From the NCBI GenBank assembly GCA_977017575.1, contig CDRNVI010000070.1:186001-250000 (forward strand): 64,000 nt of DNA, read 5' to 3'. This DNA is from Paramoeba atlantica. Lineage: Eukaryota > Protista > Discosea. The notes under the pieces are model-generated. The model had not been told where the DNA came from and ran no database searches. It saw only the letters and a program-made list of their open reading frames with translations. A program made the translations under genes and the position numbers. Positions 41,611 through 52,455 of this stretch are shown here, one piece after another. Positions within the stretch are counted from its first letter, which is position 1; the number at the start of each line of letters is the position of its first letter.

Positions 41611-41664
41611 AATTCAACACTAAATAGGGGGGTTGAGCACTCAATAGTAAATAGGGGGGGACAG
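41611..41664. mobile_element. Isolated right terminus of the CTGTCCCCCCCCTATTTA family
   Basis: AATTCAACACTAAATAGGGGGG...TAGTAAATAGGGGGGGACAG followed by TA. Same sequence as the 38932-38998 ends. Confidence 0.55.
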
Positions 41665-41797
41665 TACATCCATTTAATACACCTGTCTAGTTCTGTCATG
41701 TACCGAAGTAAGCGATCCCGAATATCTCGTAATACATGTCATGTAATTATGATTTAGGTACACTCCTACATTTTTGCACATTCAATATCTTATTTTG

Positions 41798-43825
41798 ATG
41801 TTTTCCTCGAAGGATAAGCTTCCCCAAGCCATTGAAACTGCTTTGCGCAAAGAATTTAGGATTAAATCACTTTTTGCGATTCAAGACCTGACCTTGGACC
41901 ACTTACACAACTGCGCAGTACAAGAACATTGTAGCGATATTTGCCTATCCTCTCCCACTGGATCTGGAAAAACATTGTGTTATGCACTCCCAATAGCAAA
42001 GTATCTCGGGAAACGATTCCAATATTACGTTCAGGCTGTAGTACTTCTACCCACTAAGGATTTGGCTAATCAGACCTACCATGTGTTTATAAAACTTTGC
42101 GCTTCATTACCCATACGTGTTGCCCTCATAAACGGATTTCACCCACTGGAAGACGAAGGAGTGCTTCTCTCGGGGCATTCAGAGCATCCTTACCAGGGAG
42201 TGTCATCTAAAAAAATTAAAAATCATCCAGATCACCATAAACTATGGAATCGAGTAAACGCCAATTTTCATGCTCATATTGTTATCGCCACTCCGCAACG
42301 GCTTCAAGAGCATTTGGAAATTATCCCTGATCTCTTACGTCGTACTCGATTTTTGGTCTTTGACGAAGCTGACGCTCTCCTATCTTTCTCAAATGCTCTG
42401 GCGTTGCACGATATTGTTAAGTCCACAAATCGATTACCGCTCGCACCTCCTTTACACAAGGTTTTTTGTAGTGCTACGTTTAACGTACAACTAGCGTATG
42501 AATTTAACATTTATCCGGTAAATCCTTTTATGTTAGATAGTCCTTTATGTACTTCTACTCTAAGAACAGGTATTCACAAACAAAGCGATGCGCCAGCGCG
42601 CTGCAATTACGAAAAAATGGAGCCGCGTACACCCTGTTCAATGGAGCCCACGGAAAATATAACGTCAAAAAAAGAAAACTTTGATGACGTGCATGTGCGT
42701 GATTCATTGGATCTAGTGCTCCCGCCCGAATTGATTGAGCATTTCATAGAAACTGATGAGGATGTCAAGATTAATACATTGTGTTCACTTTTGCTGGTAC
42801 TAAAATGTGAACAGCAACACTTTGAGTCTGATTCACGTATCGAACGTAAGGAAACGCACTTTGCTCCTCTCGCGGCTGGAGATTTGCTAATTGTTTTTTG
42901 CTCTTCTAGAAGACGGTCTCATCGACTTCATTGCCTTCTGAGAATATTTGGATTTGCTAGCTGTGAATTTTCTCACCGCACTTCAAACCGAGATCGCGGC
43001 AAGCAACACTCTCTTCTTTCCGCTGACAAATTTCAGATAGTTCTTACGACAGATTTGCTGAGTCGGGGAATTGATTTTGACCAGCGTGTACTATACGTTG
43101 TACATTATGACGTGCCTACAGATGCCAAAACGTACTTGCATCGCTGCGGGCGAACAGCTCGAGCGTTTCGATCCGGCTTTAGTATCACTCTCGTCGATAG
43201 CGCGGGGGTGGAGTTTCTCCAACAGTTACGATCATTACTTTTGCCCAGGCGGCCCATAATAATGCAAAACATACCAGATCTTCATGACACTTTCAGCATT
43301 GCCCTTTCCAAAGCGATGAACTATATGGCAGATATCTTAAGACAGGAAGAAGAGCACGTTTCAGATCGCAGCTCCCGCTCATGGTCAACCGTTCCGTTAG
43401 TAGATATAATGTCGGGTGAAACATATGATCGCACCACTCATCGCCATATAACTTCTGCTTTCCCTCTTAGGGAAACAAGAGATCATGACAGCGTCGAATG
43501 GGCCGAGGACGTTCATTCCAACGCAACGGATCAGAAGTATGCAGGACTTCCCTGGATCTGTGAGCTCTGTAAGTATACGAATCTACCTCTTAATACCAGT
43601 TGTCATCGATGTAGAACCTTGAAGTCCTTTTATTCAAAAGAGTATCGAGGCTCGTTGACTGATATTGAACATGGAGGCATGTGGAAATGTAGAGAGTGTG
43701 GCATGCGGCATCAGCCTCGTGCTCTAATGTGCGACAATTGTCAAAGGCGTCGCCATCGAAATGACCCAGTCTTGTTCACCATTACGGCCAATAGAAAAGG
43801 CTTCACAAAAGAAGAGCATGCATGA
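41798..43825 (+). CDS. DBP6: DEAD-box RNA helicase Dbp6/DDX51-like with two C-terminal RanBP2-type zinc fingers
   Basis: DICLSSPTGSGKT, LPTKDL, TPQRL, DEAD, SAT, LSRGIDF, HRCGRTAR; then W-x-C-x2-C...C-x2-C twice. Confidence 0.85.
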   Translation: MFSSKDKLPQAIETALRKEFRIKSLFAIQDLTLDHLHNCAVQEHCSDICLSSPTGSGKTLCYALPIAKYLGKRFQYYVQAVVLLPTKDLANQTYHVFIKLCASLPIRVALINGFHPLEDEGVLLSGHSEHPYQGVSSKKIKNHPDHHKLWNRVNANFHAHIVIATPQRLQEHLEIIPDLLRRTRFLVFDEADALLSFSNALALHDIVKSTNRLPLAPPLHKVFCSATFNVQLAYEFNIYPVNPFMLDSPLCTSTLRTGIHKQSDAPARCNYEKMEPRTPCSMEPTENITSKKENFDDVHVRDSLDLVLPPELIEHFIETDEDVKINTLCSLLLVLKCEQQHFESDSRIERKETHFAPLAAGDLLIVFCSSRRRSHRLHCLLRIFGFASCEFSHRTSNRDRGKQHSLLSADKFQIVLTTDLLSRGIDFDQRVLYVVHYDVPTDAKTYLHRCGRTARAFRSGFSITLVDSAGVEFLQQLRSLLLPRRPIIMQNIPDLHDTFSIALSKAMNYMADILRQEEEHVSDRSSRSWSTVPLVDIMSGETYDRTTHRHITSAFPLRETRDHDSVEWAEDVHSNATDQKYAGLPWICELCKYTNLPLNTSCHRCRTLKSFYSKEYRGSLTDIEHGGMWKCRECGMRHQPRALMCDNCQRRRHRNDPVLFTITANRKGFTKEEHA

Positions 43826-44097
43826 GTAAATACGTGAGATCTATACACTGTACAATACACGTTTATTGATCTATACAATCCGTTTCCTATTGACAGGCGT
43901 CGTGATGACACTAAGGAGAATAAGATGACTCCTTTTTAGCTTTGGAGTTTTCACTTTCAAAGTGTTGAATTTTTCATCAAAACACTATTTTCATTAAACA
44001 CTGGAAAGGGGACAATAACCCCTTCCCCAAAGAAATGGCTTTAAGTTTACTCATAAACGTACATACTTGTATATACTTGTCTTAACGTTTTCGGCAC

Positions 44098-44676
44098 ATG
44101 GAAACAGCAACGGGACTTTTTACATCGGGGTTTATTCACGTATACTCTCGAATCTTGGCAGAGTCTTTCTCTCGGAAAAGGAAAGCAAAGATCAATGGCG
44201 CTGCGATAAAGTTATGGAACAAACGGTGCGAACGTGTGCTGAAGCGATACCCAACCGACCCACAACGCATTTACGAGACTCAACTTAATGCCCATGTCGG
44301 GAGAGTCAAAAACCCAACGGGTCCAAATTTCAATGTTATTGTAAAACAGCAACCGAAGTGGGATGAGCTGAGGCTGACCCAGCAAGAACCAATAATTCGT
44401 ATATGTACCAGAAATGAACATGCAAGACAAAAGTTTTTTGAACAAATGGCTTCGCTTTCGCGAACCCCGTTTCAAGCTTTTCAAATGCATGCAAACAGAA
44501 TAAAACTTTTCGCTTTCCCGCCGAATCAAGCGATGTACAGAGCTCTTCCGTTAGCAGACAAGTTGTATTACGCCCGTGTTGCTCAAAAAGAGAGATCTCG
44601 TGCATCAACTTATTTCTACAAATTTGATGCCTCTCTTTCTAACCAAGTAATGCTAATTCCTTCCGGTAAGAAATAG
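44098..44676 (+). CDS. Basic hypothetical protein, possible degenerate HMG-box (KAP-like)
   Basis: R/K-rich. TPFQAFQMH...YRALPLADKLYYARVAQKERSR resembles HMG-box helices 1 and 3. Confidence 0.5.
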   Translation: METATGLFTSGFIHVYSRILAESFSRKRKAKINGAAIKLWNKRCERVLKRYPTDPQRIYETQLNAHVGRVKNPTGPNFNVIVKQQPKWDELRLTQQEPIIRICTRNEHARQKFFEQMASLSRTPFQAFQMHANRIKLFAFPPNQAMYRALPLADKLYYARVAQKERSRASTYFYKFDASLSNQVMLIPSGKK

Positions 44677-45132
44677 GTCTCGATAAGATATTTCAATAAG
44701 ACTTAAAATCTTAAAATAAGACTTAAAATCTTTTATTTTATCAATGAAGGCCATCCAACGACGACTGATCTATGCAACCACAGAACGTTTTTGTAATTCT
44801 ATTTAGATGTCCGTTAACTTTGAGAAAGGTGTATAGAGGAAATAGTTAAAATGTTTACTTAAGGGAACAGCGTAATTTATCTAATGGTCCTGAACATGAA
44901 GTAAGATCTAAGTTAGATATTGCTTGTTAGATCATTTTTTGATAGTCATGCACTAAAAGTGCAGAGATTAATCTTGTTAGATCATCTAGCAAGAGTAAAA
45001 GGGGCAATATATAGATTATGTAGACTCACTTTTTCATCAATCCTCGATTTTGCAAATTTCATTATAACGGACATTCTTGACCTCTTTCTACATGAATCAA
45101 GGTTCATTTTCTTTTGATGCTAATTTTATTTA

Positions 45133-45495
45133 ATGAGCACACCAGCCCCTAACCGTCCATCACCAAAGGCTCCAGAACTCGGCGCTTTTCCCTTAGACCA
45201 CCTTCGAGAGTGTAAGTCAGAGATCGCGGAATACTATCGTTGCCTTGAAGCCGAAGAATTTCTAGCCCCCAAGTGTCGTGAATTTGTCACAAAATACTTA
45301 ACGTGTCGCATGGAGCGTGGTTTGATGGCGAAACAAGATATGAAAAAATTTGGCATTCCTAAGACAAATTTCGTGGAAACACGTGCTGAACAGAAAACTG
45401 CGTTATCCACTTCTCATCGTACTGGCGTAACGCATGTTCCTGTTGGAGTAAACAATTATAATCTACAAGGAAACGACGGATATGAAGTTGAGTGA
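45133..45495 (+). CDS. COX19: Cytochrome c oxidase assembly protein COX19
   Basis: PELGAFPLDH..EC...Y..CL......KCR....YL.CRMERGLM twin CX9C motif. Confidence 0.92.
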   Translation: MSTPAPNRPSPKAPELGAFPLDHLRECKSEIAEYYRCLEAEEFLAPKCREFVTKYLTCRMERGLMAKQDMKKFGIPKTNFVETRAEQKTALSTSHRTGVTHVPVGVNNYNLQGNDGYEVE

Positions 45496-45949
45496 ATTCA
45501 TTAGCATAAGTGTTTGGGTCGAATACACCACCTTTTGCTACAAGATTTCCGTTCTTTTCCATTTTGATATAACGTGAAAAGTTGGACAAGAAGGTAAAGC
45601 TCACCGTACTAAAGGTGCGCACAGTACGCCGAAGTCTGTGTACACACTGCTGCTTGCGCAAGGCGAATTTTCGAAGCCTCCCCGCACAGCTTTTGTGTCC
45701 CATCTCGTATGGGAATTTGTGGTCTCTATATTTAGAGCTGTACTATGATCATACTGAAGACAGAACAACTAGGCTTACGTTGGGTATTTAGATCTTGATT
45801 TTTCTTTTTCGTTAGAAGTAAGAGAATTTTGTAAATTCTCCAAGACTGCAAATTAGAAACCCAGAAAGGTTAGGCTTAAGCTTAACATATTAGAAGTAAA
45901 AATCCGGCACACGTATTTCCGTAGTTTTCGTAATCACTATACATAACGT

Positions 45950-46876
45950 ATGTCGCAGCGTCCGCGCTCCACTGGGAAAGCTATGTTTGCCGCCAAGCGG
46001 CGGAAGGTGCATCCGATACCATGTGCTCCTATTTTTACTCCTGGCCTTCTTCGAGTAGGGCACTCAAAGAATCCTCTTCAGCAGAAGCAAAACAAGTACG
46101 TTGCCGGAGGCCAGGCAGCTCAAGAGCAAACCGACACCCCGCCGCGTCTTGAGGGCAAAGTCTCAAAAATTAAGTTCGAATCTGAAGAAGATGCGCAATT
46201 TCACGCTTTCACAGACTTCATTGAGGGGCGGAGACTAGGAGACATTCTTAGTGCCCGTAAATTTCAAAAGTTTTACGACACCTGCGCTGCACAAGATGAA
46301 GTTATTGTTTGGCTTTGTATGACTGCCATGGCTGTACTAAATCCGGGTGACATGCAGTCGCGCTTACTTTATCAGCATTTAAGCGCTCTCATGAAGGCCG
46401 TGGCCCTTAAGGAAATGCATCCTCGAACAGCATTCTACTTTTATGAAAATGCAATTAAAAGTCCTGCGTTTCGACAATTTTCAGAAAGGCAGCTGGAGAA
46501 TGGAGCGCGCACCCGACTTTTGGGAATTTGCGCCGCAGCGGATGCGATGCGCGAGGCAAATTTATGTAGACGACCTATGCAACCCTACTTCGAGTTATAC
46601 CAGCGGATCTCTGAAAGGAGCGAGTTTTTTACCCCATGGGGGTTTCCTCCATTGTACCAATTTGATGATCGACTGCAACTCATGCAACGACTTCGCCCCT
46701 TCTCTCGTGTGCACCGCATGAGAAGTGAAATAGCGCGCCGCAAAATTAAAGATATGCATGGAACATGGAGGAAATATTTTTCACATCGTATCTTTTGGAT
46801 CCCTCCTTTGTATATATTCACGCGCACGTGGCAAGGCCCTTTTTACACTTTTTTCAAAGGTGTAATTCCTGATTAA
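45950..46876 (+). CDS. Conserved-looking basic protein, possibly a kinetoplastid mitoribosomal subunit
   Basis: 308-aa basic, aromatic-rich ORF on the coding strand. The family assignment is only an impression. Confidence 0.6.
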   Translation: MSQRPRSTGKAMFAAKRRKVHPIPCAPIFTPGLLRVGHSKNPLQQKQNKYVAGGQAAQEQTDTPPRLEGKVSKIKFESEEDAQFHAFTDFIEGRRLGDILSARKFQKFYDTCAAQDEVIVWLCMTAMAVLNPGDMQSRLLYQHLSALMKAVALKEMHPRTAFYFYENAIKSPAFRQFSERQLENGARTRLLGICAAADAMREANLCRRPMQPYFELYQRISERSEFFTPWGFPPLYQFDDRLQLMQRLRPFSRVHRMRSEIARRKIKDMHGTWRKYFSHRIFWIPPLYIFTRTWQGPFYTFFKGVIPD

Positions 46877-47231
46877 AAACGTATCGCATCAACGTTTCTA
46901 CCATAGTTCGGGCCTTTTAATCTCCAAGTTCGATTAAAGTCTGGTTAAAAGCTGTACACTTACATCAACACTCTTTTTTTCATGAGATTCGTAGATATAT
47001 TTTGTATGGTACAAGAGAGGAAACAGTTGTCAATATTCCTAGCTTAAGAAAACGATGTACAAGAGATGTAGTAGAGATGTAGTACAAGAGAGTAAGAGAA
47101 CGTTCTTCTACTCTGCCTTCACGTCAACCAGTACGTGAATGCAGCGTGTTGGTACAGACTTGTAAGACTTTACGTTATTTTCCTGCATATACGTCAAATA
47201 AGCATTCCTTCTATTCTGTTCCTTTCTTCAG

Positions 47232-49079
47232 ATGTGCTCCCTTCGTCAAGATCAGGTCGAATACCTACAGAATTGTAGTAATATTTTGTCTAATCATTGC
47301 TTCGACGATGTGGACGAAAAGAATTCTTTTGTCGATGGCGTTCTCGTAGAGCTACTTCGGAATTTAAGAGAGAACAAACTCTACTTCAGTCACAAAAGTG
47401 TTACACAAACCTTAGAACAGATAATATCTAGTGGTCTCTCGTCTTCTCAGGAAAGCTCTATATTTGTTGCATTAGCAGGTCTGTGGGGAATTCTTTCTGA
47501 GCGTCCGGTGGCCTCCTTTGCACTTGAAGCCCTTGTCAGGCATTGCTCTGAACGAAACAATATTATTGCTGTCGCAAAAGAGGTCATCATAAATGAGCCA
47601 AAACTGAATCTTGCCTGGACGAGGTGCGGCAGTTACATTCTTCGCGCAATCTTACAAAAAATGCGCTCCATGTTTAAAGATGAAACAAATGTAAGTGATG
47701 AAAATATTAGCATCACCGACTCTTGGTTTAAATGCGTCGAAGTGGTTCTTGCGCGACTTTCTGCTAAACGATCCATGTGGCAAAACCGTTACAGTGGACC
47801 TTTGCTCTGTGTTTTCATCGAGCTACAGACGTCTCCAAAACCTACACAAACAATGTCTCGAATATTGTTAGAGCACATTTCTACAGGAGGGTTACCGCCA
47901 TTAATTGAGCTCGCTACCCACCCAATCAGCAGCCATATAGTGGAGTTACTTCTACAAAGACACTATTTGACTTTTCTAACCGCTTTTTCGGATCATGGGC
48001 GAGTAACTCTAGAAAACGGTAGCGAAAATAGTAGCATACAAACTAAAGATATGTCCGATGATAATGTCATTATTAAAAGTATGCAGAGAGGCATGTTAGC
48101 AAGGCTTGCATTGAATGACGCAGGAATGCGCGTGCTCGCGGCAATTATCAGAGGAGCTCCCACAGAAAGAGTAGTTAAACGACTATGGAGAGCCGGTATT
48201 TCTCCCCATGTCTCAAGCATGCTCGCAAATCGAAACTTTGCCCCAATCCTTGAGCTTTTTCGTCGCCGCGATTTTCTTCTCAACATATATCGAGTGATTG
48301 GTTTATTAAATGACGTGGATGAGAAAACTATTTCAGACCTGCAAGAAGAAAGGTCTCGACAAGAATCGGACACAAAGTTGATATCTAACGAAGATCACCC
48401 AACGGGAGACTTGCAACGTCTCCATAACTCCGTTGCACCGGAGTCAATAAAAATCGGCGTATCAGGATCCTCTGGCAGTTGGTTTGGACCTTTGCACAAA
48501 CTACTGACCTCATCGATTTTTCATGGGAAGAAAGGTCAAAGCTTTGGGGTGCAGTTTGTGCAGGCAATTATCGACAACCTTAGCGAAAAATGTAGAGAAT
48601 GCGATTCAAACGCAACGTATGAGGAGCTCGTTACATTGATTACAAATGATTTCAATCACGTACCGAGTGAGGTACTCCGTCATCTGGCTCTTCAGGCTGA
48701 CGGTTCGCGCTTGCTACAGACCTACCTAGCTTTCTTAAGAAATATTTCTTCTTTGCCACAGAGGGAAGCTAGTAGTATCCCGCGAAACGAAATGATCGAA
48801 CGATTCATACGTCGCTTCCGTAGTATGCTACCAACCCTAGCACAAGACACCTACGGGAGTCACTTTCTGGAGTCAGTGCTTAACCACTATTCCATGAAAA
48901 GGCCAAAATGGGTGGACCACCAACTTCTTACAGCAAAGGTAATACAAGCTTTGCGCCAGTCGAAGTCCGGTAGGATCATGATTCAAAAATATAATTTAGA
49001 AACAGAACAACGTAACCGGCTACGAAAAAGGGAGAGACCTTTATCTGCGACTACGGGAAAAAATAAGAGAAACATATAA
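47232..49079 (+). CDS. NOP9: Nop9-like Pumilio-repeat nucleolar protein
   Basis: Degenerate PUF repeats: CGSYILRAI, HPISSHIVELL, DGSRLLQ, DTYGSHFLE, KSGRIMIQKY. Confidence 0.75.
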   Translation: MCSLRQDQVEYLQNCSNILSNHCFDDVDEKNSFVDGVLVELLRNLRENKLYFSHKSVTQTLEQIISSGLSSSQESSIFVALAGLWGILSERPVASFALEALVRHCSERNNIIAVAKEVIINEPKLNLAWTRCGSYILRAILQKMRSMFKDETNVSDENISITDSWFKCVEVVLARLSAKRSMWQNRYSGPLLCVFIELQTSPKPTQTMSRILLEHISTGGLPPLIELATHPISSHIVELLLQRHYLTFLTAFSDHGRVTLENGSENSSIQTKDMSDDNVIIKSMQRGMLARLALNDAGMRVLAAIIRGAPTERVVKRLWRAGISPHVSSMLANRNFAPILELFRRRDFLLNIYRVIGLLNDVDEKTISDLQEERSRQESDTKLISNEDHPTGDLQRLHNSVAPESIKIGVSGSSGSWFGPLHKLLTSSIFHGKKGQSFGVQFVQAIIDNLSEKCRECDSNATYEELVTLITNDFNHVPSEVLRHLALQADGSRLLQTYLAFLRNISSLPQREASSIPRNEMIERFIRRFRSMLPTLAQDTYGSHFLESVLNHYSMKRPKWVDHQLLTAKVIQALRQSKSGRIMIQKYNLETEQRNRLRKRERPLSATTGKNKRNI

Positions 49080-49256
49080 ATCCCACTGCACGTCTGATTT
49101 ATTTTTTCATGGAGTCTGATGATACGATTTTGCTTTCCTTGCAAAAAAAGAGTGTAATCTACAATGTAAGCTGAAAAACGTTTTCGAAGCACAATTCCGT
49201 ATTTTCATAGGTTTTTGTAGTCAGTTTATTTTGTTTATAGTTTTCTTTTTTTGGCT

Positions 49257-50051
49257 ATGACGTCCGCTGAAGACGGAAATGGCAACCCTCCTGCCTATCG
49301 GCAAGAGCTCGCCATTCAGGCCCACATCCTCCGATGGTTTCGTCAGCGTAAGATGCATGATCTGGCGCGAGCGTGCGTAGCGGAGTTCTACACAGAAGCT
49401 GTACAAAGAGCAAACGTCCTGTCTCACTCGCTGGAGGATATTGTCTGTCACACGCTGCTTCGAATATCCTACAGTGGAGAGCTACAGCGCCAGCGCAATC
49501 GTTCCGGAGCGAGGTTCAAAAAACGAAAACTGGCACGTACTTCTTCTGACAATTCCGAACGGTTAGCGAATGAAAGCCGAAGAAGTATAAACCAAGAGAA
49601 CGAGTCGGTAGTAACGCAGCCCGAGTCGGCTGCACTTGAGCAAGAAGTGAAGACAATGCCTCAATCGAAACAAAGGAAACATTCTAAAGAGATCCATGGT
49701 GTGACAGCTGTAGTATCCGAAAGCGAAATCGTGCCAGACATCATGCCAAGTACTGCACCCCATAGGGAGTTGCTTCCCCAGGCGAATCCGAGTCAAAAAG
49801 TTGAGAAACCTCAAGAACAAGCCACATACAACGCAGCCAATTTAGTTTCTACTAAAAGCATTCCTGAGCGCCCGAAATCGGAATCACGAGGCCATGATTT
49901 CCATTCTGAAGCTCAAGCAGCAAGAGAGCGAGCGCGACCTCCGCATTCTCAAATGCAAGATAATAAAGCACATGAAATTTCTCAACGACAACATCTCTCT
50001 CTTAAAGCGATGGAAGCTATGCTTGACAGTGCCTCCGACGATTCAGATTAA
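49257..50051 (+). CDS. Hypothetical protein with LisH-like N-terminus and disordered S/E/Q-rich tail
   Basis: LAIQAHILRWFRQRKMHDLARAC fits LisH spacing. Confidence 0.55.
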   Translation: MTSAEDGNGNPPAYRQELAIQAHILRWFRQRKMHDLARACVAEFYTEAVQRANVLSHSLEDIVCHTLLRISYSGELQRQRNRSGARFKKRKLARTSSDNSERLANESRRSINQENESVVTQPESAALEQEVKTMPQSKQRKHSKEIHGVTAVVSESEIVPDIMPSTAPHRELLPQANPSQKVEKPQEQATYNAANLVSTKSIPERPKSESRGHDFHSEAQAARERARPPHSQMQDNKAHEISQRQHLSLKAMEAMLDSASDDSD

Positions 50052-50294
50052 TTTTCTCCATTAAAGCATGAAATACAGGGTTTTTTAAAACCCAACTAAT
50101 ACTTATTTTCTCATCTATGGGCAACGTTTCATTCGGATAATAAAATTTCATTTGGATTTATTTCAACAAATCCTTACGTTTCCCTCTATTTCTTCAGAAA
50201 CCAGGAAAATCCAATGAAGCTAACCATTCGTAAGTTGTTTTTATCATGCAATACTGGAATATCGATTTTAAACTACTAACCACACGATTCATTG

Positions 50295-50735
50295 ATGCTT
50301 ACGAGCACCGAGGGTCAAATTAAAGCGACGCAAGCTTCTGCTTTAACGTATCGCAGTGGTATGAACTATGGATGTGACATCGTCATTTACGATGATCGAA
50401 ATGGAAATATGGCCGCCGAAGAAATCTCATCGAAGCGACCTCATGGTAAATTTTGCTTACATGTGATTCCACAAAAAACAGGGTCAGAGAGCGCATTTTT
50501 ATCGTCCGCACTGGTGGGCATGGTGCGGGCGACACATCTCGCAGGAAAACAAACGTTGCTTTGTTCCACCATAACGGCAAAAAAAGATATCCAAGAGAAA
50601 GATTCTCGTAACTCCAATTTTTGTTTACGTTGCGCAGAACGTACAGTGTTGCCCAAACTCAATACTTGTATTCACTGTACGCAATTTATACGTGTTCGAT
50701 GGTTGTGTACTCCCTTTTCTCAAGACGGTGATTAA
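50295..50735 (+). CDS. tRNA-splicing endonuclease catalytic subunit (Sen2/Sen34-like), catalytic domain only
   Basis: RSGMNYGCDIVIY, RPHGKFCLHV and RATHLAGKQTLLC supply the Tyr/His/Lys triad. Confidence 0.75.
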   Translation: MLTSTEGQIKATQASALTYRSGMNYGCDIVIYDDRNGNMAAEEISSKRPHGKFCLHVIPQKTGSESAFLSSALVGMVRATHLAGKQTLLCSTITAKKDIQEKDSRNSNFCLRCAERTVLPKLNTCIHCTQFIRVRWLCTPFSQDGD

Positions 50736-50798
50736 ATCCAAGAATTTGAGTTGTTCATTGCGGCGCTTATTCAATACTTTACAACTTCCATTTCTAAA

Positions 50799-52151
50799 AT
50801 GCCTGCACTTACACTACATGATGGCTTTTGCGCACAAAGTGTCGCCTTTTCCCCGTGGGATGAAACTGCCTTTGTTGTATGTGCGGGCCAAGATTCGTCT
50901 CTCACTCCTTCAGGAGCAGTGTACGTTGCGTCTTTGTCCTTTGGCAGCTCTGATACAATCACACAAGTGAAGGCAGAGGAAGGCATCCAGCTACTTTCCC
51001 GTGCCCTCGACGTTAGCTTCTCAGAAACCGACTCCGCACTAACCTACATCGCCAGCGGACAAGACATTACCATTCTTTCCCACAAACCCCACACTACCTC
51101 GAGAACACACACAAATCTCAAACAAACCCTTCGTGCTCACCATGACCCCGTCACGGTCGTACAATGCAACACTCTCACCAACGACCGCTTCCTCACAGCC
51201 TCCTCAGGTGGAGAAATAAAGCTATGGAGCACGACACGGAATTGGCAACCTCTCTGTACCCTAACCCCCCCGTCCACTACCACTCCTCCTCCTCATACGA
51301 CTCCTCCAGCAGTTACCGATGCCACGTGGTCGACCCACGACCCCACACAACTCTGTAGCGTTACCCTCGACGGGTGTCTCCATGTATGGGACACCCGTCT
51401 CTCGCATACCTCCCCCAGCTGCTCTACGGCTTCCGTAGGCTCCGGTGACCACAACGACAACAACAACGGCAGCAATAAGGGGAAGCCGTTGTTTGCCGTA
51501 GACGGGAACCCCTACGACCCCCACGTGGTCGTCACCGCGGCGGGAGATGCCTGTGTGTATCTCTGGGATCTCCGCAAGCTGCGGCAGCCCGTGGTGGTTT
51601 TGGCCAATGGCCACCACGCCGCGGTACGGGACGTGAGGTTCTCCCCCCACAGCCGTACCGAGCTGGTGAGTGCCGGGGAGGACGGGGTGGTGTGTCACTG
51701 GGGGCTGAACCGACCCCCGCCGGGGGGAGCGGAGGGGGGGGCGTTGGGGCTAGTGGCACGGTACCGGCACCATGGCCGTAAGGAGCCGGTGGTGGGGGTG
51801 GACTGGAGCCGGTTTCGCCCCGGGGTGTTGTGTAGTGCAGGGGGGAGGGGGAGAGTGTTTGTGTGGCGTTTGGGGAGACCCGCGGGGGAGGGGGAGAGTG
51901 GGGGTGGGGGGTTGCCAGCATTGAGGATGGTGGAGCCTGTGGAACCGGAGGGGAAGCCGGGGGGTGAAGGCGAAGGGCGTGTTTTTCCGAAAGAAGGACG
52001 TACCGATAGGGTGAATGGTTCGTTGTGTTCTGGGACGGGAACCTATCCGCGTCCAACCACTCAACCTCCGGCCGCTCCAATACCAAGTTCACGCCCTCCG
52101 GCGCCTCCAATACCGAATACACGGCCTCCAGCACGGGCGGGTATATTTTAA
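50799..52151 (+). CDS. PEX7: Peroxisomal/glycosomal PTS2 receptor (WD40)
   Basis: FSPW...GAVYV, LDVSFSE and a WD-repeat order typical of Pex7 (VYLWDLR...GHHAAVRDVRFSPH, EPVVGVDWS...VFVW). Confidence 0.75.
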   Translation: MPALTLHDGFCAQSVAFSPWDETAFVVCAGQDSSLTPSGAVYVASLSFGSSDTITQVKAEEGIQLLSRALDVSFSETDSALTYIASGQDITILSHKPHTTSRTHTNLKQTLRAHHDPVTVVQCNTLTNDRFLTASSGGEIKLWSTTRNWQPLCTLTPPSTTTPPPHTTPPAVTDATWSTHDPTQLCSVTLDGCLHVWDTRLSHTSPSCSTASVGSGDHNDNNNGSNKGKPLFAVDGNPYDPHVVVTAAGDACVYLWDLRKLRQPVVVLANGHHAAVRDVRFSPHSRTELVSAGEDGVVCHWGLNRPPPGGAEGGALGLVARYRHHGRKEPVVGVDWSRFRPGVLCSAGGRGRVFVWRLGRPAGEGESGGGGLPALRMVEPVEPEGKPGGEGEGRVFPKEGRTDRVNGSLCSGTGTYPRPTTQPPAAPIPSSRPPAPPIPNTRPPARAGIF

Positions 52152-52455
52152 ATGTTTTCAATGCGTGAAGTGGGAGTACATGAGCCGAGCTACATAGTTA
52201 AAGTTACGCAACTGAATTTCTAGTGCAATGTGTATTCGTGTGAAAATTTATTCGTAAAAAGGTAGTGCGTGTAAAGTTACTTCATTTATCAAGTTCTTCA
52301 CAGTTAATCAAATAGATTTTTCAATATTTGTGACGCTTTTCAAGTTGACAATAGAGTTCTATTTTATGAAACCTGATCTGCGCCTAAAAACTGCACGGTG
52401 TTTGCAGCTTGTACTGAGGGTGAGGCAGTGAACAGTCGATTTAACGAAGCGGGAT

